Source: Adineta vaga
Lineage: Eukaryota; Animalia; Rotifera
Direction of reading: 5' to 3'
Assembly: GCA_021613535.1 (NCBI GenBank)
Contig: CP075493.1
Location: 8,928,001-8,992,000 of the forward strand
DNA length: 64,000 bases
In this document: positions 1 to 12,567 of the stretch, one piece after another
Numbering within the stretch: the first letter of the stretch is position 1
Layout of the letters: each line of letters opens with the position of its first letter
The notes under the pieces: model-generated
Databases searched by the model: none
What the model was told of the DNA's origin: nothing
What the model saw: the letters and a program-made list of their open reading frames with translations, nothing else
Made by a program: the position numbers and the translations under genes

Positions 1-38
1 ATTATTTCTTTTATTACAACACAAGCAAACAAATCAAT

Positions 39-1027
39 ATGGGAGGCGATGGTGGATCAATACCAAAACGAATTGAACTCGTGCAACAAAAGAAGAAACC
101 TGAAACAAAAGATCGAGATGCTGCTAATATGGCTAAATGGCGTCATTGTACATTAAAACATGGTCCACTTAAACAACCTATTGTTGTTGATTGTAATGGT
201 CTGCTGTATAATAAAGATGCCATCTTAGAATATTTACTTGATCGTCAAAGCTTTGAACATGGACCATCCTATATTAAGAAATTAAAAGATGTGAAAGAAT
301 TAAAATTGACTGAGAATTCATCGTTTAAATCTAATCATAATGAATTTGGAAATGAATATTTAGATGTTTATACATCTCCATTTATTTGTCCAATAACATT
401 TGTCGAAATGAATGGTAAATATAAATTTTGTGCGATATGGACATGTGGCTGTGTTCTATCGGATCGTGCACTTCGATCAGTTAATAAATCGACAAATGGT
501 GAAGAAAAACTTGTTTGTCCACGTTGTGACAAAGAATATTCATCCAGTGATGATGTAATTATACTCAATCCTGAAGATGAAGATATAGTTTTCATGGACC
601 AACGACGAGAACGATTAAATGCAAATCAGAAAAAGAATGGATCCACAAAACGAAAATTAATAGAAGCAGACGAACAATCCAATGAAAAGAAGAGCAAAGT
701 TGGTGAGTAATCTTTTTATGACAATTAAATCTAATCAACAAATGATAATAATCAAATTAGAAAAATAACCCTTTTTTTTTCTTCTTTATTTTAGAATCAA
801 CAAAGAGTACTAATGGTGCATCAGCATCTTCATCTTCATCGACAATTCCAAAAGCTACTACGTCAAAAATAGCTTCTGGATCAAAAGTAACAAATACTAA
901 ATCGACCATTCAACAAGATCCAACTAAATCAGATCTCTATAAATCCTTATTTACAACTAGTGATGCTGCGAAAAAGAAAGAAAAGAATAAAGCACATTGG
1001 GTAACTTATAATCCACTTTATTATTAA
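39..1027 (+). CDS. RTF2: Replication termination factor 2 (RTF2/C20orf43), 2 exons
   Basis: N-terminus MGGDGGSIPKRIELV, motifs GLLYNKDAILEYLL, FICPIT-EMNG and CGCVLSDRAL. Intron 703-794 (GT-AG); exon 2 ends with the conserved YKSLFT...AHWVTYNPLYY*. Confidence 0.93.
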
Positions 1028-1175
1028 TTAAGTTTGATTGTAAAAATAAAAATAAACTTACTTGTTGGTTTTGTGTTGTATCGAATAAACTTACGTTGTA
1101 TCAAACTTTACGAATCTTGTTTTCTTTAGTTATTCTAGATATGTATGAATTCTATTGAATAAGTAAATCCAATCC

Positions 1176-2945
1176 ATGGAAACAAACAATGTAGATAATC
1201 ATTCTCCATTATCCACAAGTAATGGAATAGGTGATGAAGCTGAAGGTATTTGGAGTGCTGATATTGAACAAAGTTTTATGGAAGCATTAGCTATCTATCC
1301 TCCATGTGGACGACGTAAGATCATTTTAACGGAAGAAGGAAAAATGTATGGACGGAATGAATTAGTTGCACGTTATATTAAAATTCGTACAGGTAAAATA
1401 CGAACACGTAAACAAGTTTCCTCACATTTACAAGTACTTGCTAAACGTCGTTCGAAAGAAATTCAATTATTACGTAATGATAAAGCTGCACAACAAATCA
1501 TTCTCGAGCGATTAAAACAATATACATCGGCTGAAATTGTTTCGTTAAATAGTGAACAAATCAATACTGATAATGATTCATATTCTGATGATAATGAAGA
1601 AATTAAGAAACAAAAAAAACCTAGTCCTGTTAAGAATCTCCTTCAACCAATGTCAATGGATGAACATTCAATAAAAGTTATACCAACATTACCAAACAAT
1701 TTAGATCATATAAAAGCGAACGAAGATTTACCTTTAAAAACACCGGTTTTGAAAAAACATACGGTTAAAAAAGAAATACCTATAAATAAAATAAATGTGC
1801 CCATACCACCGATGACAAATAATTCTATGCCGCTTTATTTACAAAGTAAAGACATCTCTTATTATAGTATATCGTTTTTTTTTCAATTTTGTTTTCTTAT
1901 ATATAGCTTCTTCTACCGTTTATACTCATGGTACAGGTCGATCTCGATGTTCATCAAATGCATCATCATCATCACCGCTGTCTTCCGGTTCGACAGGTTC
2001 TCAAACTATAACTATGGCCAATTCATCAATTTATCCATATGCTGTGATTGGCGATGAACACTTTCGACTCTATGATTTAAGTGCTGTGGTTGAAATTAAA
2101 CGAAATGTTAGTACAACACCACATCAATCATTAATCTATCCACCATCAGAAATCTATTCAACAGAACAACATGATCTCATTCGCTTATATGCTAATGATA
2201 TTCGTATGAAAAATATTCATGCATTTGAAACCATATCAATTGATCAAATCTTTGATAAATTTCCTCGTAATGATGGTTTAAAAGATTTATTCGAACGAAA
2301 TCCTGATGGACCATTTTATTTAATTAAATTTTGGGCCGATGTACCAATGTTACAACCAATAGCTAGTGCTATGAATATTCGTGATGAATCTATTTTTACT
2401 TCATTTGCATATACAAGTTCAACGAATCGACCAATACATATTTCAACACGTTTATGTTCATTTGGGAAACAAGTTTTAGAAAAAGTGGACACAAGTAAAA
2501 TTCCTCAAATTGATCCGTTTCAACAATTTGTTCATCGATTTGATCGAACACCATTGTGTGAATATATGGTACAATTTATTCAAAAACTTCGTTCACTTCC
2601 AAATGCTTATATGATGAATAGTGTATTGGAAGTAAGATTGAATTATTCATTGTCTACATTTCTATAGGAGAAAGATAATAAATGATTTGAAGACATGAAT
2701 CAATGTCAATATTGTATAACTTTGATACAATTTTTACTGAATATTTATGTTAAACATAATAGTTATTAATATAAATTTATTTATTGATATTTTCTTTCTA
2801 GAATTTTACCGTCCTTCAAGTGATCAAATGTTTAGATAATAACGAACGACTTTTACTTTGCCTTGCCTTTGTGTTTGAAATTGCTATGCCGGATGTCGGT
2901 GGTCCGCAATATCAAGTGTATAAATTGGTTGCTAATTTAAAATAA
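1176..2945 (+). CDS. TEAD: TEA-domain transcription factor (TEAD/scalloped), 3 exons
   Basis: TEA domain [29 protein letters not shown]...YGRNEL...[11 protein letters not shown]; YAP-binding domain [33 protein letters not shown]|NFTVLQV; last exon 2802-2945. Confidence 0.95.
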
Positions 2946-3441
2946 AACAACAACAAAAAAAAGAATAAATAAATAGACAATGATTTAATCGTAATCATTT
3001 TCTTTCTTGTTCGGTGCCTTTTCTTATTTCTCATCCTCTGTATCTTCTGTATTTTTTTATGCAATTCTTCGATTCTTTCTTCTTACAAAAAAACAAAAAT
3101 ACTTATTGTCGTCGATTTCTTTTAGAACAGTGAGGTGTCGGTTATTTTTTGTTTTTGTTTTGCTTTTTGCTCAATTGCAGGAATTTGTGAGTGCTGTTCG
3201 AGCGAATAATCAACATGTTTGTGAATTTTTTTATTTTTGGTTAATCTGCCCAGTGATCACGGCACATTTCTTCTTTCCGTTTCATATGGTTTTTTTTTTC
3301 TATTGCTCCATCTAACAAAAATCCGGTCTTACATACTTCTCTTTTTGTTTATGAAAAAGCAATTTTTCAATAAAAGATGAGAGGATATATACATATATAT
3401 ATAGATACCTGTACTATTTCTTATTATCTATCTTATTCCAG

Positions 3442-4491
3442 ATGGCTTTGGGTTCTCAGCACACACAATTGATACAAGCGTTTAAAAAGGTGATTCCACC
3501 TTTGTTATTTGATGCACATAAAGGTGAAGCTGGACGCATCGGTGTTGTTGGAGGAAGTGAAGAATATACTGGTGCTCCAATTTTTGCAAGTATGGCAGCA
3601 TTTCGAACAGGTGTTGATCTTGTCCATGTTTTTTGTTCAAAAAATGCTGCTATACCAATCAAAAGCTTTTCACCTGATCTTATCGTACATCCTATTCTAG
3701 TAAGAACAATATAGAAAAGTATTATTTACTTGAATTTGTGTTTCGTATTTATTTAGGATTCGTCATCTTTTTCGGATGATATGAATAAATGGTTACCACG
3801 TTTACATGCATTAGTCATTGGTCCGGGTTTAGGACGAGATAAAAAGATCTTAGACAACGTCGAACAATTAATTGGTGTATTACGTAAAGAAGAAAAACCT
3901 ATACCATTAGTCATCGATGCTGATGGCCTTTATTTAATAACAGAAAAACCTGATCTCATTAATAGCTATGAAAACTGTATATTAACACCGAATGGAGTAG
4001 AATTTGAACGTTTGTATGAAAAAGTCATTGGTGTCAAATCAGAAGATCAGAAAAAAGAAAAAGATAAGACACAATTAGCACGAAAATTAGCTGAAACACT
4101 TCGAGTGAATATTCTAATGAAAGGACATTTCGATACAATCGCTTCACCGGAAAATCCGCAGCCAATTCAATGTGGAATTGATGGATCGCCAAGACGTTGT
4201 GGTGGCCAAGGAGATTTACTATCTGGAGCTTTAGTTGCTACTTATTATTGGACTATCAAAAATCGTGATAAAATTGAAAGTCAATCATTCAACGCGGAAA
4301 AATCTTCGAAAACTACTGAACAACCACATAGTTCGTTGAAGATGACTTCAGCTCAAGTAGCTGGTTATGCTGCATCAACATTGATTCGTACTTCATGTCA
4401 AACAATATTTAGTAAACTTGGACGATCAATGATTAGTGCAGATGTATTAAAAGAAATTGGACCAACATTCATTAAGTTATTTGAGAAATGA
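3442..4491 (+). CDS. NAXD: ATP-dependent NAD(P)HX dehydratase (CARKD), 2 exons
   Basis: HKGEAGRIGVVGGSEEYTGAP, LVIGPGLGR, VIDADGL, LTPN, RRCGGQGDLLSG; intron ~3700-3756. Confidence 0.95.
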
Positions 4492-4596
4492 AATTGAATG
4501 TTTATTTTTTTACATTTTGTTTTAATCTTGCTATTTTAATTATGCTTTTCTTCCTATGATAGTAAATATAAACTTGCGACGAACTTCTTTTTTCAG

Positions 4597-5624
4597 ATGT
4601 CGGCAGAAAATCTTCATTCATTTTCACGACCACTTCTCGTGGAAAAATCTTCGTCTATGACTGACTCAATACGAAATCTGATCTCGAATACATTTGCACC
4701 ATTTCAACAAGAATATCGACATTGGCCATGGTCACAAATAGGAACTATTGTCGTTGTATGTATCGGATCCTATGCAGTTTATAAATATTTACCTGGACCT
4801 TATCGACGATATTATATGTCCTCAACGAAGAATTTTTCTCAGCGCTACAATAAAGTACTACATTCAGAAAAAGAGACCCTTTTTAATGAATTAAAGAATG
4901 TGAAAACAAGAGAAGAAGGAAGAAAAATTCAAGTTGTAGAGATCGGTGCTGCACATGGTGCTAATATGGCTTTCTATCCGCCGAATGGTATGATAACAGA
5001 ACATTTCTTTTAACTTAAAATTTATATGATTGATTTTTTTCAAAAAGAAGTTGAAGTTATTTGCGTGGAACCAATGCGGGAATTCGAAGTGTATTTAACT
5101 CAAACACTTCGACAAAATCCTCACGTGAGATGTAGAGAACTATTAGTCGGTGGCGCAGAAAATATTTCTGGTAGATAAATAACAATATTTTAATTTGATT
5201 ATATAATTGAATTTGATTTTAGTAATTCGAGATAATCAAGTAGATGCCGTTGTTTCAACTTTAACACTTTCTTCTTGTAAAGATGTTGACCAAGCCCTAC
5301 GTGAAATTCGTCGCATACTTAAACCTGTAAATTTTCAAAAAGAAATTCCTCATTTTTTACTTTTAATCTTCTCATTTTTATTCTTTCTAGGGTGGTATTT
5401 TTCTATATATGGAAAATATTCGTTCGACACACTTTTTTCTTGCTTTGATTCAATTTCTTTGTGCACCTATATATAAATTTCTATTTGGAATTTCATTGAT
5501 TCGAAATATTCCTGAACGTGTTGAACGAGCACATTTTGCTGGTGGCACAACACAACATATATTTACTGCGCGTGGTATTCCTTTTCTCCTACGTCCTCAT
5601 GTATCGGGCATTGCTCGGAAATGA
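4597..5624 (+). CDS. METTL7/TMT1-like SAM-dependent methyltransferase, 4 exons
   Basis: N-terminal hydrophobic segment; motif I VVEIGAAHGANMAFYP, then VICVEP, DAVVSTL, ALREIRRILKP|GG..YME; three GT-AG introns restore one frame. Confidence 0.8.
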
Positions 5625-5745
5625 TTCTTCATTGTTTGTTTTTTTTTCATTTGTACAATTTATTTAACAAGAGAAACGAAACTGATACAATTTTTATCAA
5701 AGTAATCCGTATTTTTTCCTGATAGTTTAAAAAAACTAAATAAAA

Positions 5746-5864
5746 AGCTTACGACACTCGGTATTCCCAGGCGGTCACCCATCCAAGTACTAACCGAGCC
5801 CGACGTTGCTTAACTTCAGTGATCGGACGAGAACTGGTGTATTCAACGTGGTATGGCCGTAAGC
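5746..5864 (-). rRNA. 5S rRNA: 5S ribosomal RNA gene (single copy)
   Basis: Reverse complement reads GCTTACGGCCATACCACGTTGAATACACCAGTTCTCGTCCGATCACTGAAGTTAAGCAACGTCGGGCTCGGTTAGTACTTGGATGGGTGACCGCCTGGGAATACCGAGTGTCGTAAGCT: 119 nt, complementary ends, internal box A/C, followed by an oligo-T Pol III terminator. Confidence 0.97.
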
Positions 5865-6042
5865 ATTTATTATATATTATTTCTGATAACACATTCATAT
5901 TTTTTCGGATATGATCAACAATTGATCAGGAAAATATTTTATCTTTATAAGGAAAAAAAATCTAATTTCGAACATGAGTAAAATAAAATCTTTAAATTAA
6001 AAACAATGCTTGTTTATTAAATATAGTTTACAAATAAAAACT

Positions 6043-6369
6043 TTAGCTTGAAACATTATCTTGTATTGTTTTTTCCACAGTAAATGCATTCTGAATAAGT
6101 TTTTCTTTGGTCAATGGGTCACCTAAACCATTTTGTTTGAGTGAATCAATCACTTTCTGACGTTGACTTGCTGACATAGCTTTTACTTTTGACAGAAGCG
6201 ATTGTGCACCAGTGTTTTTGTCAGCAGATATTGCTAAATTCTCTCCAAATTGTTTTTTCGTTTCTGCTGCAGCTTCTGTTTCTAATGCATCAGTTTGATT
6301 CTTTTCACGAACAGAAACTTTAAAATCAGTTGAAGACAAAGCTTCGAGTAAAACTTTTTCATCAGTCAT
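6043..6369 (-). CDS. Hypothetical 108-aa hydrophilic helical protein
   Basis: Clean ORF with protein-like composition; ATG 1 nt after a ttacacag acceptor; AATAAA just downstream on the minus strand; no recognisable domain. Confidence 0.55.
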   Translation of the reverse strand: MTDEKVLLEALSSTDFKVSVREKNQTDALETEAAAETKKQFGENLAISADKNTGAQSLLSKVKAMSASQRQKVIDSLKQNGLGDPLTKEKLIQNAFTVEKTIQDNVSS

Positions 6370-6718
6370 ACTGTGTAATAGATGAATGTATGTTCGATTC
6401 TATAACCCCTAGTACAAACAAACTGTTTGACTCGTCTTCGTCCTTCCTGTTCTTTCTATATTTCGCAAGATAAACGATGAATCAATAAGAATATTACAAG
6501 AATCGAGATCGCTAGAAGACGGTCTACAGTTTCTATTTCTATTTGTATAAGGCGCGCTGTCAAATTTTTTTTTGCCTGCGGCTTCGAAAAAAATGCATTT
6601 GAAAATTATCACTCTACTTATATATGTCTGAATTATCTTCGCTCAGCAGGTGGTCATTGAATGAACACTTGGTGTGTGTCTATGGAAGTGATTAGTAAAA
6701 GTAGACATAGACAGACAG

Positions 6719-7365
6719 ATGCCTCCAAAATCTAGCAAAATTGAAAGTAATCTAATCGGATTACGGTCTGGTAAAAAGCAATTTGTGAACAAAATCAATG
6801 ATATTACCGAACGTACACAACAAAATATCTTAGAAAAATTTACAAATGAACAATTAGCAGAATTTCGAGAATTGTTTAATATGTTTGATAAAGATAATCA
6901 AGGTTAAGAAAAATTCAAAATAAATTAGAATGATGAATAATATCACTTTTAGGAGTATTAACTTTACAAACGCTTATTTCGACAATCAAAGCAGTTGGTC
7001 AAATTCCAACGGAAGCTGATATGATTGATTTAATGCGTGAAATTGATTTAGATAATTCTGGTACTATTGATTTCTATGAATTTGTTCATATTATTTCATA
7101 TAATATGCATCCAAATGAAACAAATCAAGAGATTCGACAAGCTTTCAATCTATTTGATCAAAATCAAGACGGAACTATAACATTGGATGATTTGAAAACG
7201 ACCATTGATAAATATTTTGAAACATCAATCAATGATTTGGAATTACGTCAAATGATTGAATTAGCTGCCGATCATAATGAATCTGAACAGATTTCATTTG
7301 AAGATTTTCTTCGTATTGCTATATGTCAAAATGCGAAGAAACGAAGTGATGGGATAAGTATTTAA
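6719..7365 (+). CDS. Calmodulin/centrin-like EF-hand protein, 2 exons
   Basis: EQLAEFRELFNMFDKDNQG, DLDNSGTIDFYEF, EIRQAFNLFDQNQDGTITLDDL; intron ~6903-6952; basic N-terminal extension. Confidence 0.88.
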
Positions 7366-8867
7366 CTCACTGTCAACATCAAGTCACTTTCACATCGATA
7401 ACATCTGTTCCATTTCTATTTCGATTGCATTCTCAAGAGATGAAAGAAATGATTAAATCAAAAATTTGTCTTTTGTGTCTTTTTAATAATTATTATTATA
7501 ATGATGATAATTACGTACATATGAGTCGATTTCAAGCAGTTTAACCTTGTCTACTATCGATTGTAATGAGTTCGAAATCAGATCAGTACGAGACAAACTT
7601 TACATTGCACAATGTCTATCCAATGATTGCATTGTCCTAATAATGTTATCTCTACCCCAGTCAATTTTCATAACAAGCAACTGACATTATTGACTAATCT
7701 ATACATATGACAATTACAAATATCTATATAGATAGAAAAAAAGAACGAATCAATATCAAAAGCATATCATCATCTTGCAAGAACACGTCAATAGTATCCT
7801 TCTACGACAACGTCGTAGATGAACTTATTTCTACATTACTCATTTTGTCGAATATCAGTTATAACAAAGGAAAATAAATTAAGACACTACACGCTACCTA
7901 GAATAGAAATTCAAATAAAATGAAACTAGAACACGCACACATACGATGTTCAATGAATGAGATTGCTTTTCCATTTATATTCATTGAATGTTCAACAAAT
8001 TCAAGTTGACCGTCTGGTTAAAATCATTTTTTTTCTTCCATGACTGAGATAAGTAACACATTGAAGGTCAATAGAACTGAACATATAAACTACAATAGCC
8101 TAAATATATATATATATATATATGTTCTATTCTTTTGAAGTACAATAGACTTTCTTTTCGTGTTTTTTTCTATTGACTCATGTAAACTTTTATAGAGCCG
8201 CTTGTATTTTGAAGATAGTTTATTCTTACGGCTATGATCGATCTATGCCAATCGATCGTTCATATATTACTATCAGATTCGATGAGTGTTAATAATGTTC
8301 ATATATATAAACATAGTGGAGTGGACGTGTATGAATGTGTATATTATTGAAAGATAAGAAATGAACCGGCGTCAATGTTCTCTATGGATTGTATGTGTAG
8401 ATGTATGTCTATCACAATTAATCCAAAATAGATTTGTCTCTGTTGTGTTTCTTTTTTGATCGCGATCAACGAATGTATTCACACATCAACCTTGATGAAA
8501 AGTTGATAGATTCATTCGTGCACGATAATAAGACTTTGTAGGAAACAAAATAGATGAAGATGAATTAAAATAGTCGTCTTTTCTCGTTCTCTTTCTCTTT
8601 CTCTTTTTCTCATGCCAATTTGACAAGATGACCTTACTTAGTAGTTGTACATAGAGAGAGACAGAGAGAAAAAAAGGAAGCGACACATAGAGAGAGAGAG
8701 AGAGTAACGATTCATACAGTATTCATGATAGCGCTTGCATTTGTAGCATCTTAGAGAGTATAGTAAGCATCACAATATCCTAATTTATCGACACTTGTAT
8801 ATATTTATCTTTATTTTAGATTTGACATTTATTTCAACACAAGACAACTTCTCTTCTGTCACCAACA

Positions 8868-11800
8868 ATGTTCAACTTTCTATCTGGTCAGTACCATATT
8901 CATGGACATTGTCTTTTTTTTCGTTAACTTCCATAAGATACAAACAATGTACTTTATATCTAAAATCTCTCAGTTGTATTAGGGAGAGAGAACTATTTGT
9001 ATACATTACAATGAATTAGTTTATTGTCTATCAAATGCGTTTTTACTATTTGCTGATTTTCAGTTAGATCAAGGAGCTTTGAAGAGAAACAGTAGTATCT
9101 CATTTATTTCCTTCTCATTTAGCCTTGATTCTTTTGCTGATGACACTGTTGTCATTATGCGATCTGTCACCGATCAATGACAATAATAATCAACATCGAC
9201 TCCGAATAACAAATAAACTTGTCAATCAATCGACTACATCAACAATTCTGAGGTATAGAAATCTCTATCTTGTCTAGGAGTCTTACTAGAATACAAAGAA
9301 ATAACTAAAATATCGAGCTAATTGATATATTACCTTGACAAAATATCATCACTGATGACGACGACAAGATCTTATCAAATGATGAGATTGATGTCTATCG
9401 ATCTGAAGGTATTTGAGATTTGATTGTCTTATAGTACTGTTGTTACAAATATGCGATGGATGAAAACATTGAAAAATCAAACTGAAATTAGTGGACAAAC
9501 AGTTATTCTTGAATGTCAAGTTCAATCGTCATATCCAGTAACATTCACTTGGTATCGATACAATAATCCACTTGATAAAAAATATTTTACAATCGATGAA
9601 CGTCTATTTCGATCAAGGTAAACAACAATTTCCAATCAAAAGAAAGAAAGAGAGAGAGCAATGCTAGTGATGTTATTCTATTTAGTATCCGTTTGAAGAA
9701 TTTAAAAGAATCTCAAGCTGGTTTTTATACATGTGAAGTATCGAATGGTTTTCAAACATTAATTTCAACTGGTTTTGTTCGTGTACAAAATCTCGGTATT
9801 GAAACTAATTTCTTATCTTTAATTGATTGAACTATTATCCTTTCTTTTGATTATCATAGATATCGATCCAATTGATTTTCATGATGATGTGTTCGTAATT
9901 GATTTGATTTTTTTCATCTTAATAAGAAACAAAAAGAAAATATGTCAATGAATTTTAGATTACCATCAGTTGAATTTCAACCTGAAATTATCTCTCATCA
10001 TGAAGAATCTATCGAGAAATTTAAATGTGAATTATATACAGGAAACATTTGTCAATCAATTCTAACGTCGAAATATATTTCAATCACAAATCTTGATCAA
10101 AAAGATATTGAACAAAATTTAGCTGATAATATCAAATTCCTTTCTGATGAATGTCGACAGTTCCTATTACCAATGATTTGTTTATTTGTCTATCCTCTTT
10201 GTGATATTAATCAAGGAAATATTCGATCAATTTGTCGTAAATCTTGTTATCGTTTTCAAAAGAATTCTTGTATGATGAGATCATCCAATCAAGAAGAACA
10301 ACTTTATTCAAACTGTTAGTTAAACTATCACATATTTCCAGAAAAACAAAGGAATTCATTTCGTCTTTTGCTTTCATAGATCAAGTTTCACATAATATAC
10401 CAACATGTGAGAATTTACCACCCTCAAGTGATGATGTATCATGTGTTCATATTGAAGAACATCGAAATAGTAAATTAAGAGAAAATAGTGTTGCCTTCAA
10501 TGATAATGTATCGTTTCTTTTAGTTTCCATTTCATCCAATAGTTCTATAATTCGAAATTTATTATTATCTGAATCTCCTATGATTGTTTTCCTCACTGTA
10601 TTCTTACCTATTATTGTGATCGGTTTATTTTTTCTTCTTCTATATTATCGTTGTTGTCATCGTCGAAATAGTAATATTCATTCATCATCTTATTCAACAA
10701 GTTTAACACCAATTAAAAAATCCTGTCATCTATTAAATCCTATTCCATCATCAATATTTCATTCCTCTATAAATATTATCCCAAATCATAATAATATCAC
10801 AACATCATCATCTTCATCAACGAATACAAATCTTACAAATCTACATTATCGTCAAACATTACTGAAACCAGATGTTCAACCTCAACAAACATATCGTTCT
10901 TCTGGTAATAATTCACTCTGTGAAATTTCATCAAATAACATTCAATTCTTACAGGAAATCGGTGAAGGTAAAAATAGTCAATTGATTTATATATAATATT
11001 TAGTCAACAAAACATTTCTTTATAGGTGAATTTGGACAAATTTTCATTGGTGAATTTGTCAATAGTACAGATAAATGTATTATTAAAACATTGCAAAATG
11101 AAAATGTTAAACAAGATTATCTTCGAGAAATTGAAAGTATAAAATTTTTCTCTTAGTTTTTTTAATATTGAAACAAGTTCTTTTCTTTTTTAGTTTTTCA
11201 TCATATTTATCATATAAATATTTCTTGTCTCATTGGTATATGTATACAACCGGATGATTTATTTCCTTTGATGATTTATGAATATTTAAATAATGGAGAT
11301 TTACATGAATATTTACTTTTACAACATTCGAAAACATTCGATTTAACAGATATTCTTTATATAGCCATACAAATTATCTCAGGAATGATCTATTTAACTG
11401 AGAAAAAACTTCTACATAATGATTTATCGACGAAAAATATTCTCATTTCAGAACATATGGATATTAAAATTACAAATATTGCACGTTATCGTCGAAAATA
11501 TCATTTAGATTATTATAAAATAGCTAATCGATTATTACCAGTCAGATGGATGTCGATTGAATCCTTATTGTCAGGTATCTATACAGAAATGTCCGATGTT
11601 TGGTCATTTGGTGTATTATTATGGGAAATGTTTTCTTATGGAATACAGCCTTATTATGGACAAACAAATCCCGAAGTCATTGAAATGATACGTGATAGAA
11701 AATTATTACCATGTCCAAGCAATTGTTCGAAAAGAATTTATGCATTGATGTGTTCATGTTGGGAAGAAAGTATTGAACATCGACCAACATTTATCGAATT

Positions 11801-11990
11801 GATGAGACGTGTAAGACAGTTGGAAGAGAAATCAACAACGACATCGTCGATTGATGATGAATTAATTTCACTTAGTCAAATGGATGAAACTTCTTCAATA
11901 ACAAAACATGTCACAATGATGCCACCAAGTGAACGAACTGCTACACATCTAATGCTCGTCGATAGAAAATGTATTCGTCCTGAAGTATAA
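8868..11990 (+). CDS. ROR-like receptor tyrosine (pseudo)kinase: signal peptide, Ig, Frizzled CRD, TM, kinase-like domain; multi-exon
   Basis: Spliced signal peptide MFNFLSALILLLMTLLSLC; Ig domain (LECQV..W..GFYTCEVSNG); CRD (CELYTGNIC...CRQFLLPMICLFVYPLC...ICRKSC); TM; kinase with GEGEFG, EYLNNGDLHEYL, LLPVRWM, SDVWSFGVLLWEMFSYG.QPY. Confidence 0.85.
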
Positions 11991-12567
11991 TGTATGCTAC
12001 GTTCTTTTTTCGAAATATGAAAACTTTTCTGTTTACTTTCTGTAGTATACGATTATCTTATGTATTTGTCTCTCTTTTTATTGAATGCATATTTCAAAAG
12101 AATATCATATTGAAAAACAATCAGATGTTTTTCTATAATAATCTTTGGAGTCATTTTCAAATATCGAATGAATATTATGAATTCTGAAGTTTAGAATCCT
12201 CATTCGGTTTTTTACCAATAATATCTTCGTACAGAGAAAGTAACTCTACAGGTTAGTCTATTTTTTTGCATCATTTTATTTCGATTTTGATCTACATTGT
12301 AGAGTCTCTAAAAGCCACGTATACATTTCAATGGCGTCTGATAAAAAAAGACTCACCTTTTCATTGGGAAAAAATATATTGCTAGAGAATTGAAGAGTTT
12401 CTATCTTATGCTCTATTTTTCATTAAGTCATTCGATGTAACTAAATGAAATATCCTACACAGATCATTACTAAGACTTAGTTAACCTGATAATCAGTACT
12501 ATTGTATCAGCTCTCTTTATCCTAATAACAGGCCATTAAAATATGTACTGTTTCAGATAATACTACT

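Noticed and set aside
3007-3315. Phe-rich 102-aa ORF
   Set aside because: T-rich 3' UTR/intergenic sequence with a non-ATG start; compositional artefact
6545-6600. AATTTTTTTTTG Sm-site-like tract as a possible snRNA
   Set aside because: No recognisable U-snRNA sequence or stems; better explained as promoter poly-T
9340-9410. Coding-looking DDDDK stretch inside a ROR intron
   Set aside because: No suitable acceptor; the flanking exons already join in frame
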